Positions 27,203-37,634 are shown, numbered from the stretch's first letter. The stretch is 64,000 nucleotides of DNA from an uncultured Thermodesulfobacteriota bacterium (GCA_964478545.1 CAYZIS010000001.1:7943-71942), one strand, 5' to 3'. Numbers and translations: made by a program. The notes: generated from the sequence alone by a model not told the origin.

Positions 27203-27588
27203 GGTCGCATTGGAATCTGGAAGATGTTCCATGAAGTTGAGCATAAAAAAAGCGGTAAATGGACCATTATGTAATTTATATTCACTTCATTGGTTTTTCC
27301 CGCACCATTTTGCAAACATCTCCCGATACGCGATCTCGACCTTGCGGGCAAAACCCGGTTCATCCATAAGTTGAGGAAGCATGGATATTGCGATTGACAT
27401 CTGCAGTGATTGCTGTCATCCTTGACGAATCTGAACGTAACTGGATTACCAGTTGTACGGCTGGGAAAACACTTATTGGGTCTGGTTCCATTCCCTGGGA
27501 ACTGGGAAATTGGCAATGCTTTCTCTACTCTGTTTAGGCAAAACAGGTTGACATTTGAGGAAGCCCGGTGTTGTACATCCAGGTTTAA

Positions 27589-27984
27589 TCCCTTCCACCG
27601 CGGCAATGTGGCATTGCAAGACCTGACCCCTACCATGCTATTTGGGCATCTGAAGCGGATGGATCTCTCCAGGTTGCAAAACATCTTTTTGAAAAAAAAG
27701 ATTATTCTTATGCGCTTTTCTTTGGCCATCTTGCTATTGAAAAAATCATAAAAGCGGTACTTGTCAAAAATACCAATCAACAGGTGCCTCGTTCTCATAA
27801 TTTATTGAGATTAGCCCAAGAAGCTCAGATAGAAATAACTGGAGAACAGAAGCGTACTCTAATAAGGATTACAGCTTTTAATCTTGAATCAAGATACCCT
27901 GACTACAAAAAAGAATTCAGGGAAAAATGCACCTTGCAGTTCACTGCAATAGAACTGGAAAAAATCAAAGAGGTTTTTATATGA
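27589..27984 (+). pseudogene. HEPN domain protein (toxin half of a HEPN/MNT pair) lacking an in-frame start codon
   Basis: 'WASEADGSLQVAKHLFEKKDYSYALFFGHLAIEKIIKAVL...VPRSHNLLRLAQEA' (Rx4-6HN HEPN motif). The frame is open from 27589, and the first ATG/GTG/TTG is at 27784. Confidence 0.6.
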
Positions 27985-28427
27985 CTGAAATCGAATCTAT
28001 AGTTTTGAAAAATGTCCAATTGTTTCTAGATAAACTCCGCCGCACAGGATTCCATATTTCCAAGGCCTATATTTTTGGCTCCTATGCCAAAGGACAAGTA
28101 AAGGGTGTTGCAACGAATCGGCTAACCTATTGAAATCATAGGTTTTTTAGCGAAAAACTCCATTCGGGATTTTCCCGGAAACACTAATAAAATCAATGAC
28201 TTACGGCGATCATTGCAACACCCTTAAGTAGATAAGTGGAGTGATATAGATGTGGCAATTGTTTCTCCCCAGATAAGCAACGACCGTTTTGAAGAGCGCA
28301 TAAGACTGACTGAACTGGCAATATCTGTCGATGATCGGATTGAACCGTTGCCATTCAACCCTGACAGTTTTAGCGATGATGATCCGTTTGTACAACAAAT
28401 TAAAAACGAAGGATTAGCAATCATTTG
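27981..28427 (+). pseudogene. MNT-type nucleotidyltransferase (antitoxin half) split by a 125-bp MITE. Fragments are 27981-28100 and 28226-28427.
   Basis: 'IFGSYAKGQV' | insertion | 'DKWSDIDVAIVSPQ...'. ATGA start/stop overlap with the HEPN gene. Removing 28101-28230 restores 'GSYAKGQVDKWSDIDVAIV'. Confidence 0.8.
28101..28225. mobile_element. MITE-like insertion with 13-bp perfect TIRs (AAGGGTGTTGCAA / TTGCAACACCCTT) and a 5-bp TSD (AAGTA at 28096-28100 and 28226-28230)
   Basis: TIRs and TSD are read directly from the sequence. The host ORF is restored when the element is removed. Confidence 0.8.
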
Positions 28428-28789
28428 ATTTGGGTGCGGCTCTTTTAGAGCACAGACAAAACCCTTATGAATAAACGCTCTCTCCTTCTTATCGAATTCA
28501 CCATCAATATTGGCTACTGTTGAATAACTCTTTATTTCACCGCCTATTTTTCAAAATAAAATACCTCCTTAAAACGGTAAATATGCGAATTGATCCACCA
28601 GCTTTATGCTTTCCCAACAAGCTGGTAACTCAGTGGGTTTTTTAGGCATGGGGGTGCCGGACGTGATCGGAATTAGCGCTGTTCCCTACGCCCAAAATTA
28701 CGGCATTTAAGGTGTAATGGTCAAGGAGATTGACCTTGCGAGGCAGGCGAGGGGATACCATGGTTAATGGCATCCAGAAAAAAATCGGC

Positions 28790-29300
28790 GGTGGCAAAGG
28801 CTCAATGATTTTCTATCCCAGGCTAGACAGAATGAAGAAAAGAAACAGTTTTTTGATGAACAGGAACTGAGTTTTATCGGCATTAACTCATTTGCCGATC
28901 TGGTTCGTCTGATTATCCACGATTACCACAGCAACTTCAAACTTGATCTGGTAACCTTGACCTTGGTCGATCCGGGATACGAATTACGGCGTATGGTTGA
29001 AGGGACGGAACCATAGCTGGGGTAATACCAGGAACTTATTTTTTTTACCGGAACCAACCTCTCTGAATGATCTTTATGGTTTACAGACAGATCCTATCTT
29101 GGACATTTACAGCCATGAAAAGCATGCTTTTTTATTTCCAGGTGGGTCTCGGAGGCTGTCATCTGTAGTGCTACTGCCTTTGATACGGCGTGGAACACTG
29201 ATCGGCAGTCAACAACCTTGGCAGTTATCAGGAAGAACGCTATACTGCCGATGGTTAGCCACTTGGCAACCGTGGGTCTCAAAAATTTGGACAATATGTT
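28790..29300 (+). pseudogene. possible decayed GAF-domain regulator remnant (frame-shifted fragments)
   Basis: Fragments 'DEQELSFIGINSFADLVRLIIHDYHSNFKLDLVTLTLVDPGYELRRMVEG' and 'FPGGSRRLSSVVLLPLIRRGTLIGS' lie in different frames. Confidence 0.3.
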
Positions 29301-29583
29301 AAACTCTAAATTCTTTACAACAGAATAAAAGGATTATGATCAAAAAGAGAAAATAATTCAGTTCCGTATTCAAAGTGAAAATTGCTTTAGTGTGTAAAAG
29401 TCAAGTACCTTCCGGACAATTTGATGTTGGCAGTGGCAATGTCTCATTTTTGTCAATATTCCCAAACTTAACCTTCTCTGCAATTATCTTTATGCCGTGC
29501 TGTGATTAAGTGACCATATACTACAATTCTTTTTGGAAAGCACAAGAGACCAACAAGCTGAAAAATCACCATAGTTACAAAAG

Positions 29584-29620
29584 AAAAAGGCCGTTTCTCT
29601 CACAAGAAACGGCCTTGAAG
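29584..29620 (-). terminator. rho-independent terminator downstream of tRNA-Asn (minus strand)
   Basis: AAGGCCGTTTC-loop-GAAACGGCCTT with a T-run on the minus strand. Confidence 0.7.
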
Positions 29621-29626
29621 CAGTTT

Positions 29627-29702
29627 TGGCTCCCCGGGTAGGATTCGAACCTACGACCTAGTGGTTAACAGCCACCCGCTCTGCCAGTTGAGCTACCGAG
29701 GA
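29627..29702 (-). tRNA. tRNA-Asn (anticodon GTT), 76 nt with encoded CCA
   Basis: Cloverleaf folded manually from the reverse complement: acceptor stem TCCTCGG/CCGGGGA, D-arm GCTC/GAGC, anticodon loop CTGTTAA, T-arm GTAGG/CCTAC (T-loop TTCGAAT), CCA end. Confidence 0.9.
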
Positions 29703-29768
29703 ATAGGTAAAACAGGATATTCTTATAGATAAAAGAAACAGGAAAGTCAAGATTTTTTACTGATTTGC

Positions 29769-32174
29769 TTATCCTTTGAGTTCCACCACTGTCACCGCCT
29801 GCCCACCCTGATCGGCAGGTGGATGATAATAGTCTGAGATATAAGGCAGTTGCCGCAGAAACTCATGGATTCCCTTGCGAAGTCGACCGGTCCCAAAACC
29901 ATGAATAATTTCGACTTTTTCCATCCCGGCCATCATTGCCTGATCCAGATAACCTTCCAGCTCTTCCCGGGCTTCATCCACCCGTTTACCAATCAGATTA
30001 AGCGTGGGCAGTGGCGAGCCACCACTGGAAGGTACACTTACCTTAACACTCCCCGGCTTTTTAATATCCCCTTTGCTGAGGATGGAAGTAATTCTACCCA
30101 TCGGCATACTGAGCCGCAGGTTCCCGGACATACAGAGAGAAACCAGCTGTTTATGCAGGTCAACGGCTTCTACTTCACCAACTTGCCGGCTGCCGACCAG
30201 CGTTACCCGATCACCAACTGAGAGACCCCCTAAATCAATAGATTTTTGTGGACGTTCCGGCACGGTGGGTAACAGTTTGCCCACCTCCTGCTTTATTTCA
30301 GCAAATTCATGACGTATTTTCCCGGTTTTTATTCTTACAAAGGGAACATCATCCATCTCCTGTTGCTTTTTCTCCAACACGGCCAGCATAGGCTTAAATT
30401 CAGCTTCCGCTTTACTGACAATCTCGGCCAGCTGCTGACTGGCAGTCTGGCGCAGGTTTTCTTGCTGTTCCAGGAGCATTTCCCGCTCTTTTCGGCATTG
30501 CTCACGTACATGAAAAGCCTCCTGCTTCAATTTGAACAGCTCCAACTCTTTATTCTGCACCTGTACCAGGCGTTTTTCCAGTTTTTCAGCCATCACCACT
30601 ACCTGATCATGGTCCCGATCAAGATAACTGCGGGCCCGGACAATGACAGAACTATTAAATTTCAGCAGCCGGGCAACCTGGAAGGCATTACTCAGGCCGG
30701 GAACCCCATACTGCAAACGGTACAATGGCTGCAATGATTTTGCGTCAAATGAAACCGCCACGCTTTCAACCCATGGCCGTTCGTAGGCATAGGCTTTGAC
30801 ATTATTATAATGGGTGGTAACCAGAAAAGCGGATTTCCGTTCATGCAACTCATCCATCACCGCCATGGCCAGGGCCGCGCCTTCCTGAGGATCAGTACCG
30901 GCACCAAGCTCATCAAATAAAACCAGGGACCGAGTATCACAACAACGAAGGATGGTATCAATATGATGTAAATGGCCGGAAAAGGTGCTGACATCCTCAC
31001 TGATACTTTGTTCATCACCAATATCGGCCAGAACCTCACTGAACAATGGAATGCTACTTTCAGCCGCTACCGGCAGTGGCAAAGCACAACGGGCCATCAG
31101 ACTGACCAGCCCCAAAGTCTTGAGCGCCACAGTTTTCCCACCGGCATTGGCACCTGAGACCACTAACCCCTGAATGCCGGGTTCAAAATCAATATCCACC
31201 GGAACCACCATTTCAGGACCCTTATCAGTTAAAAGTAATGGATGCCTGGCCTGTTTCAGAAAAAAGCCCCCAGTCCATTCGGTCAATAGCTTAGGCGCTG
31301 AGCCCCCAATCTCGAGACCATAAAGAGCTTTTGCCTGAATCTGGTCAAGAAAAAACACCTGATCCAACACCCTGATGATCTCCCGGGTTTCGGCCCGCAG
31401 GTGGCCGGCAATCATTTTGAGAATCCTGATTTCCTCTTCCTGCTCCTCCTGCTGCAAAATCCTTAGGTTGTTGTTGAGGCCGATAGTTTCCATCGGTTCA
31501 ACAAAAAAACTCATCTGGGTCCTGGACTGATCATGAATGATACCTGAAAAATAAGTGCGGAAATTCAGTTTAACCGGTATCACGTAGCGGTTGTTGCGCT
31601 GGGTAATCAGGTGATCCTGAATAATAGGCTGGTAGGCGGGATTCTGAAGATGAGCTTCAAGGATAGTGTTAAGCTTCCGGCGGGTATTTTTGATCTGCTG
31701 GCGGATATCAGCCAGAGCGTGGCTGGCCGAATCCTTCAATTCCTCCCGCTCATCAAAACAACTCTCGATCAAATCCATCAACGGCCTAAATGGGCGAATC
31801 CCCTCAAATAAGTTCCCCAAGAGGGAAAAGCGCTCATCCATGGCGGCGGCATAGTGGGTAATCTTTTCCAGCCGGCGGAAGGTTTCGGCTATTGAGATCA
31901 ACATCTGGGGAGGAAGGTAGGTTTCTTCAACCCGAATAAGTTCAAGCTCAGCAGCAAGATTTCGCACTCCCGACAAGGGAACGGGACCATATTCGGCTAC
32001 CAGTTCCATGAACCGGGAAATCCGGCCTAATCTGGCCGGCAATTCAGGAAATAAAGAGGAGGAAAGGGGGGAAAGCTGACGGAGGGCATCCTGGGCATCC
32101 CTGGTACAGGCATGCCGGGCAACTCGTTCGGCCAGCCAAGGAAATTCCAGCACCCGGGCCGCGTGAGATTCCAT
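29769..32174 (-). CDS. mutS2: endonuclease MutS2 (MutS domains + C-terminal Smr)
   Basis: Walker A 'GANAGGKTVALKT'. 'DELGAGTDP'. C-terminal Smr 'LIGKRVDEAREEL...IHGFGTGRLR'. Confidence 0.9.
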   Translation of the reverse strand: MESHAARVLEFPWLAERVARHACTRDAQDALRQLSPLSSSLFPELPARLGRISRFMELVAEYGPVPLSGVRNLAAELELIRVEETYLPPQMLISIAETFRRLEKITHYAAAMDERFSLLGNLFEGIRPFRPLMDLIESCFDEREELKDSASHALADIRQQIKNTRRKLNTILEAHLQNPAYQPIIQDHLITQRNNRYVIPVKLNFRTYFSGIIHDQSRTQMSFFVEPMETIGLNNNLRILQQEEQEEEIRILKMIAGHLRAETREIIRVLDQVFFLDQIQAKALYGLEIGGSAPKLLTEWTGGFFLKQARHPLLLTDKGPEMVVPVDIDFEPGIQGLVVSGANAGGKTVALKTLGLVSLMARCALPLPVAAESSIPLFSEVLADIGDEQSISEDVSTFSGHLHHIDTILRCCDTRSLVLFDELGAGTDPQEGAALAMAVMDELHERKSAFLVTTHYNNVKAYAYERPWVESVAVSFDAKSLQPLYRLQYGVPGLSNAFQVARLLKFNSSVIVRARSYLDRDHDQVVVMAEKLEKRLVQVQNKELELFKLKQEAFHVREQCRKEREMLLEQQENLRQTASQQLAEIVSKAEAEFKPMLAVLEKKQQEMDDVPFVRIKTGKIRHEFAEIKQEVGKLLPTVPERPQKSIDLGGLSVGDRVTLVGSRQVGEVEAVDLHKQLVSLCMSGNLRLSMPMGRITSILSKGDIKKPGSVKVSVPSSGGSPLPTLNLIGKRVDEAREELEGYLDQAMMAGMEKVEIIHGFGTGRLRKGIHEFLRQLPYISDYYHPPADQGGQAVTVVELKG

Positions 32175-32177
32175 AAC

Positions 32178-32621
32178 TCAGGAAAGCAATGAGGAAACCA
32201 TACGGTTGACTTCCTTGCCATCCGCACGACCGGCAACCCGGGCCATTACCGCCTGCATTACCTTGCCCATATCTTTTTTGCCGGCGGCCCCGGTCTCAGC
32301 AATAACCGTTTTAACAATACTTTCAATTTCAGCAACATTCATGGGTTCCGGCAGATAAGCACTCAGTACTTCCAGCTCTCGCTCTTCTTGGATAACCAGA
32401 TCTTCCCGTCCCCCTTTTTTAAACTGGCTGATTGATTCTTTCCGCTGTTTGACCATCGTTCCCAACAGCTTGAGAATCTCATCATCGCTCAACTCATGCC
32501 GGAGAGCAATTTCCCGATTTTTCATCTCAGACCGAACCATACGAATGGTGGAAAGCCTAAGTTTCTCCTTTGCCCGGGCAGCAGTTTTCATTTCCTCAGT
32601 CAATCGTTCTTTCAGATTCAT
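32178..32621 (-). CDS. GatB/YqeY domain protein
   Basis: 'LKERLTEEMKTAARAKEKLRLSTIRMV...' typical YqeY. Confidence 0.8.
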   Translation of the reverse strand: MNLKERLTEEMKTAARAKEKLRLSTIRMVRSEMKNREIALRHELSDDEILKLLGTMVKQRKESISQFKKGGREDLVIQEERELEVLSAYLPEPMNVAEIESIVKTVIAETGAAGKKDMGKVMQAVMARVAGRADGKEVNRMVSSLLS

Positions 32622-32803
32622 TTTTCACCTCTTCTCCTTTAACCCAAACTTTCTGACTTGTGTTACCAGAATACATTATCAGGATGTTCGGGCCTGGCTC
32701 ATAGCCGTGTCTGCCGGCAGGCAGGCACGCCGGCAGGCAGGGCTATTTTTTCATAACTCAGAAAGTTGAGTTTTAAGTATTTGGGGAATAATAGCCAACT
32801 GCC
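32622..32803 (+). repeat. Family-1 composite repeat (core 32680-32750, flanking AACTTTCTGA hairpins)
   Basis: 'CAGGATGTTCGGGCCTGGCTCATAGCCGTGTCTGCCGGCAGGCAGGCACGCCGGCAGGCAGGGCTATTTTTTC'. Confidence 0.8.
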
Positions 32804-33574
32804 TCAACAACCGGCGGCATCTCTGACCCTGACGCCACGGCCACGTAAATATTCCTTTGCCTCGCCAATAGTATATTCGCGATAATGAAAGATCGAAGCC
32901 GCCAGAGCAGCACTGGCGTTGGCTTTGGCAAAACCATCATAGAGATGTTCAAGATTACCAACACCACCGGAAGCAATCACTGGAATGTCCACCGCGTCAA
33001 CAATAGCTCGGGTCAATGGCAGATCATAACCATCCTTGGTGCCATCCCGATCCATGCTGGTCAACAAAATTTCCCCGGCACCGTACTCTTCCATTTGTTG
33101 CGCCCATGATACCGCGTCAATGCCGGTAGGTTCGCGGCCACCATAAATATACACTTCCCAGCCGCCCCCAGCCCGGGACTTGGCGTCAATAGCAACAACA
33201 ATGCACTGGCTGCCAAAACGACGGGAAGCCTCCTGCACAAAGGTGGGATTTTTTACTGCCACCGTGTTGATGGAAACCTTATCCGCCCCGGCATTCAATA
33301 AATCACGTATGTCCTGCAATGACCGGATACCACCACCTACTGTCAGGGGAATAAACACCTGTTCAGCTGTCCGCCGGACCACATCAATAATAATATTCCG
33401 TTGATCGCTGGAAGCAGTAATATCCAGAAACGTCACTTCATCGGCACCCTGCTCATCGTAGGCAGCTGCCACTTCCACCGGATCACCGGCATCCCGTAGG
33501 CCAACAAAATTAACACCCTTAACCACCCGACCGTCCTTCACATCAAGACAAGGGATAATCCTTTTTGCCAACAT
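32804..33574 (-). CDS. hisF: imidazole glycerol phosphate synthase cyclase subunit
   Basis: '[16 protein letters not shown]', 'TVGGGIRS', 'ASGGVG'. Confidence 0.92.
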   Translation of the reverse strand: MLAKRIIPCLDVKDGRVVKGVNFVGLRDAGDPVEVAAAYDEQGADEVTFLDITASSDQRNIIIDVVRRTAEQVFIPLTVGGGIRSLQDIRDLLNAGADKVSINTVAVKNPTFVQEASRRFGSQCIVVAIDAKSRAGGGWEVYIYGGREPTGIDAVSWAQQMEEYGAGEILLTSMDRDGTKDGYDLPLTRAIVDAVDIPVIASGGVGNLEHLYDGFAKANASAALAASIFHYREYTIGEAKEYLRGRGVRVRDAAGC

Positions 33575-33619
33575 CTGCTCAGTCCTGTAAAAATTCCATA
33601 GAATTAACAGCCCACCTGA

Positions 33620-34348
33620 TCATACATTATCAACCAGCTTCATGGCTTCTCTTAAATCAAGCGTCCCTTCATAAAGCGCCCGGCCAGTGATGGCACCGGT
33701 TACCCCCTTGCTCTCGATGGTCAACAATTGCTTTACATCCTCCAGGGAAGCAATCCCCCCGGAGGCAATGATCGGAATCTCCAGGGCTTCTGCCAGCCTG
33801 CCGGTATCTTCCAGGTTTACCCCAGTCTGCATACCATCCCGCATAATATCAGTATAAATAATTGCCGCCACCCCCAACCCTTGCATTTTCAGCGCCAGAT
33901 CAAGGGCTTCCAGTTCCGTTTCTTCCGCCCAGCCCCGGGTGGATACCTTGCCCTGGCGGGCATCAATTCCCACACAGATACGCCCGGGGAAACGGCTGGC
34001 CGCCTCAGCAACCAACTCTTCCTGTTCAACGGCTACTGTCCCAAGGATAACCCGATCAAGACCAAGGTTGAGATAGTTTTCAATAATTTCCAGAGAACGT
34101 ATGCCACCACCCAGCTGGCAGGGGATATCCAGGGATTTCACTATATTGACAATTGTTTCACGGTTCACCGGACTGCCGGCAAAGGCCCCATTCAAATCGA
34201 CCAGGTGCAGATACCGGGCCCCTTCCTCCTGCCAGCGGCGAGCCATCTGCAGCGGGTCGCTGGAAAACAGGGTATCATCTTCCATCCGCCCCTGGCGAAG
34301 CCGAACACAATTGCCGTCTTTTAAATCAATGGCCGGAATAATCAGCAT
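33620..34348 (-). CDS. hisA: 1-(5-phosphoribosyl)-5-[(5-phosphoribosylamino)methylideneamino]imidazole-4-carboxamide isomerase
   Basis: 'IIPAIDLKDGNCVRL', 'GGGIRS', 'ASGGI'. Confidence 0.9.
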   Translation of the reverse strand: MLIIPAIDLKDGNCVRLRQGRMEDDTLFSSDPLQMARRWQEEGARYLHLVDLNGAFAGSPVNRETIVNIVKSLDIPCQLGGGIRSLEIIENYLNLGLDRVILGTVAVEQEELVAEAASRFPGRICVGIDARQGKVSTRGWAEETELEALDLALKMQGLGVAAIIYTDIMRDGMQTGVNLEDTGRLAEALEIPIIASGGIASLEDVKQLLTIESKGVTGAITGRALYEGTLDLREAMKLVDNV

Positions 34349-34349
34349 A

Positions 34350-35057
34350 TCAATGAATCTCCTTCCCCTCTAGACCGGGAAGCTGCTGAACCAACCGGGC
34401 TATCCCGACATCCGCCAACTCCCTGACTGTCAGCCACTTACCACCTCCACGAAGAAAGGAACCTAAATTGGTCAAATCTTCACTTAAGCCTTTCTGGGTA
34501 TGGGAAAACTTACCCGCCCATACCTTTTTCCCCGAACGGGCATCAACCATGACCACTTCAAAAGCAACCGAAGCCGGCCTGGTTACACCATACGGCCCCC
34601 CCACCCGTTCAAGATAGCGGGTAACGGTGCCAAATATTAGCATATCCACTCCCAGCTTCCGACCAATATTCTTGATCGGAACCAGACCTAAGTTGGAAAT
34701 AATTGCCAGCACCTCCCGGGGTTCAACTGCCCGGTGCAATCCATAGATGGCAATCTCCCGGGCCATTGAGGTTGCAACCTGAAGACCAATCTGGCTGGAA
34801 ACCTGTTCGCATCTAATCTGCTCTTTGGATAGCTGGCAGCTGGTCATGGTTTGGATATTGCCATTGCCTCCAGCCAGGTGAAAAGGCAACACGGCAACAC
34901 TTCCATACGGTGGCACCTTATCCTGGGATGGAGAAATGAGTGTGCCCTTGGTGGCACAAGAGGACAAGCAAAGTATCAGTCCACAAACAAACAGGCAAAA
35001 ACAACCATAAAACAATTTCCGGGTTTCCACAGTCATAAGAGTCTCTTCGTCCTCCAA
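34350..35057 (-). CDS. hypothetical lipoprotein embedded in the his operon
   Basis: Signal peptide with 'LCLSSC' lipobox. Tightly packed between hisA and hisH. Confidence 0.55.
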   Translation of the reverse strand: MEDEETLMTVETRKLFYGCFCLFVCGLILCLSSCATKGTLISPSQDKVPPYGSVAVLPFHLAGGNGNIQTMTSCQLSKEQIRCEQVSSQIGLQVATSMAREIAIYGLHRAVEPREVLAIISNLGLVPIKNIGRKLGVDMLIFGTVTRYLERVGGPYGVTRPASVAFEVVMVDARSGKKVWAGKFSHTQKGLSEDLTNLGSFLRGGGKWLTVRELADVGIARLVQQLPGLEGKEIH

Positions 35058-35076
35058 ATAAAAATTTTCCTTACGA

Positions 35077-35718
35077 TCATGATGTCATCACCATTTCGCC
35101 AAAAGCCTTAAGGATTTCAAGCCCCTGCAGCTGACTTTTTTCGGGATGGAACTGAGTGGCAAAAATATTGTCTCGATAAATTGATGAAACAAAATCAATC
35201 CCGTAATCAGTGGTCGTGGCAATAACTGCTGGATCTTCGGGAACCACGTAGTAGGAATGAACGAAATAAAAGTAGGATTTATCAGCAATATTTTCGAGCA
35301 GGGGCGACGAACCCTTTTTATGGATGATATTCCAGCCCATATGGGGAATTTTCAAAAAACTTTTCTCATTGTCAGGGTCGACCAGACGATGGGAAAAAGG
35401 AACAACCGACCCCTTGATGACATCCAGACCAGGGAAATGCCCAAATTCCTGGCTTTCAGTAAAAAGCACCTGCAGGCCTAAACAGATACCTAAAAACGGC
35501 TTTCCCGAGGAAATTGCCTTCAGAACCGGCTGGATAAGCTTATAATGATCCAGGTTCTCCATACAATCCTTAAAGGCACCCACCCCTGGAAGGATGACGC
35601 CCTTAGCATCAGCTATTTTATCCACGGAGCGGGTAACCTCTGCGGTGAAACCCACCTTTTCAATCACTTTCTGCACGCTGCGCAGGTTGCCCATGCCATA
35701 ATCAATGATTGCAATCAT
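35077..35718 (-). CDS. hisH: imidazole glycerol phosphate synthase glutamine amidotransferase subunit
   Basis: 'MIAIIDYGMGNLRSV', catalytic 'GICLGLQ', 'HSY'. Confidence 0.92.
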   Translation of the reverse strand: MIAIIDYGMGNLRSVQKVIEKVGFTAEVTRSVDKIADAKGVILPGVGAFKDCMENLDHYKLIQPVLKAISSGKPFLGICLGLQVLFTESQEFGHFPGLDVIKGSVVPFSHRLVDPDNEKSFLKIPHMGWNIIHKKGSSPLLENIADKSYFYFVHSYYVVPEDPAVIATTTDYGIDFVSSIYRDNIFATQFHPEKSQLQGLEILKAFGEMVMTS

Positions 35719-35719
35719 C

Positions 35720-36322
35720 TCACAGCATTCCTTTGGTGCTTAAAGGCTGGCCGGCAAGACTGGCATCAGGAGTCCAAGCCCGTCTTAAAGCATGGGCCAG
35801 AGCCTTGAAAACAGCCTCAAAAATATGATGCTGATTCTTTCCATAATGAAGGTTGATGTGCAGGGTCATGCCCCCATGGCTGGCAAATGCGCGAAAAAAC
35901 TCTTCCATTAACTCGGTATCCATCACTCCAACTTTTTCCACCATCAACGGCACATTATACGTCAGGTAAGGACGCCTGGAGATATCGACCACCACTGAGC
36001 ACAGAGCTTCATCCATGGGAATGGTGGCCTGACCATAGCGGGCAATACCGCCACCATCACCCAACGCCAAAGCCAAGGCCTGTCCCAGGCAGATTCCCAG
36101 ATCTTCAACTGTATGATGATAATCAACCTCTAGGTCACCCTGGGCGGATACAGCAATATCACTGCAGCTATGCCGGGCAAACAACGTCAACATATGATCC
36201 ATAAATGGGATGCTGGTGGCGATTGATGCCGTTCCCTGGCCATCCAATAACAGATCCAGGCTGATATTGGTTTCAGCCGTCTGTCGCTGCACTTTTCCCT
36301 GCCGCTGTGTTTTTTTTGTCAT
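35720..36322 (-). CDS. hisB: imidazoleglycerol-phosphate dehydratase
   Basis: 'RQTAETNISL', 'DYHHTVEDLGI', 'HGGMTLHI' IGPD motifs. Confidence 0.9.
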   Translation of the reverse strand: MTKKTQRQGKVQRQTAETNISLDLLLDGQGTASIATSIPFMDHMLTLFARHSCSDIAVSAQGDLEVDYHHTVEDLGICLGQALALALGDGGGIARYGQATIPMDEALCSVVVDISRRPYLTYNVPLMVEKVGVMDTELMEEFFRAFASHGGMTLHINLHYGKNQHHIFEAVFKALAHALRRAWTPDASLAGQPLSTKGML

Positions 36323-36341
36323 ATTATCCTCTCAATCTTTT

Positions 36342-37634
36342 TTAGCTATCTGCCATCCGCCGTTTGACCGCCAGCCCATGGGCTTCCAGCCCTTCCATAC
36401 CGGCCAGTTCCTGTACCGGTATAGCATACTTTGCCAGCGAACTCTTAGTAAATGACAGAATACTGGAACGTTTGAGGAAATCATCCACTCCAAGCGCTGA
36501 TGAAAAACGGGCGGTGCCGCCAGTAGGCAAAACATGGTTCGGCCCAGCCAGATAATCTCCCAATGCTTCCGGGGTATAATGACCTAAAAAGATTGCCCCG
36601 GCATGTCTGATTGAGCTGAGCGCCGCCAAAGGTTGTGCCACTGCCAGTTCCAGATGTTCCGCGGCAAATTCATTAGCCAATGACAATGCCTCATCCAAGC
36701 TTCCGGTCACAATAATGGCCCCATGTTGCAAAGACTGTCGGGCAATTTTCTGCCGCTGAAGACCATCCAGTTGAAGGGCCAATTCCCGTTGCACCGCCTC
36801 AGCCATTCGGCGATCGGGAGTCATCACTACCGCCATGGCCAGCTCATCGTGTTCGGCCTGGGAAAGCATATCCGCCGCCACCCATTCCGGGTTGGCGGAA
36901 TGGTCGGCCAACACCAGAATTTCACTGGGACCGGCAACCATATCAATGCCTACCTGGCCGAAAACCTGGCGTTTGGCCTGGGCTACATAAATATTTCCCG
37001 GACCGACAATTTTATCTACCGCCGGTACGATTTCAGTCCCATAAGCCAAGGCGGCAACCGCCTGGGCACCACCAAGGCGAAATACCCGATCAACCCCACA
37101 TAACTTTGCTGCTGCCAGAACTGCCGGATTATATCCCCGGGCTGCCGGCGACACCATAATCACCTCAGATACCCCAGCCACCCGGGCCGGCAGAACATTC
37201 ATAATCACCGATGATGGATAGGAGGCTTTGCCCCCGGGAACATAAACCCCTACTCTATCAAGAGGAGTTACCTTCTGCCCCAACAGCACCCCTGGTTCAT
37301 GGTCTTCAAACCAGGACTGGCGCAATTGACGCTGATGGTAACGCGTCACCCGCTCAATGGCAAGATTAAGATGGACAAGTTCATCCGCTGGCAACGATTC
37401 CAAGGCATCATTCAATTCGGAAGCCGAAACCTCCAAAGAAACTTCAGCCAAATCCAGGTCATCAAAAGTACGGCTATAGTGGAACAATGCCGCATCACCT
37501 TCTCTGCGAACCCGATCAATAATCTCTCTGACTGTCTGCTCTACTTCCCTGGTCAGCTCTGGATTCCGCTCACATAATTTCCTGAAAAAAGGCTGAAAAT
37601 CACTGGCAGAACTGTCATAAATGGCAACCGGCAT
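36342..37634 (-). CDS. hisD: histidinol dehydrogenase
   Basis: 430 aa. 'YVPGGKASYPSSVIM', 'SQAEHD', 'GDY.AGPNHVLPT'. Confidence 0.92.
   Translation of the reverse strand: MPVAIYDSSASDFQPFFRKLCERNPELTREVEQTVREIIDRVRREGDAALFHYSRTFDDLDLAEVSLEVSASELNDALESLPADELVHLNLAIERVTRYHQRQLRQSWFEDHEPGVLLGQKVTPLDRVGVYVPGGKASYPSSVIMNVLPARVAGVSEVIMVSPAARGYNPAVLAAAKLCGVDRVFRLGGAQAVAALAYGTEIVPAVDKIVGPGNIYVAQAKRQVFGQVGIDMVAGPSEILVLADHSANPEWVAADMLSQAEHDELAMAVVMTPDRRMAEAVQRELALQLDGLQRQKIARQSLQHGAIIVTGSLDEALSLANEFAAEHLELAVAQPLAALSSIRHAGAIFLGHYTPEALGDYLAGPNHVLPTGGTARFSSALGVDDFLKRSSILSFTKSSLAKYAIPVQELAGMEGLEAHGLAVKRRMADS

Noticed and set aside
27199-27798. 199-aa minus-strand ORF in the decayed islet
   Set aside because: No RBS or motifs, and it overlaps the clearly HEPN-encoding frame on the opposite strand. 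Judged spurious.
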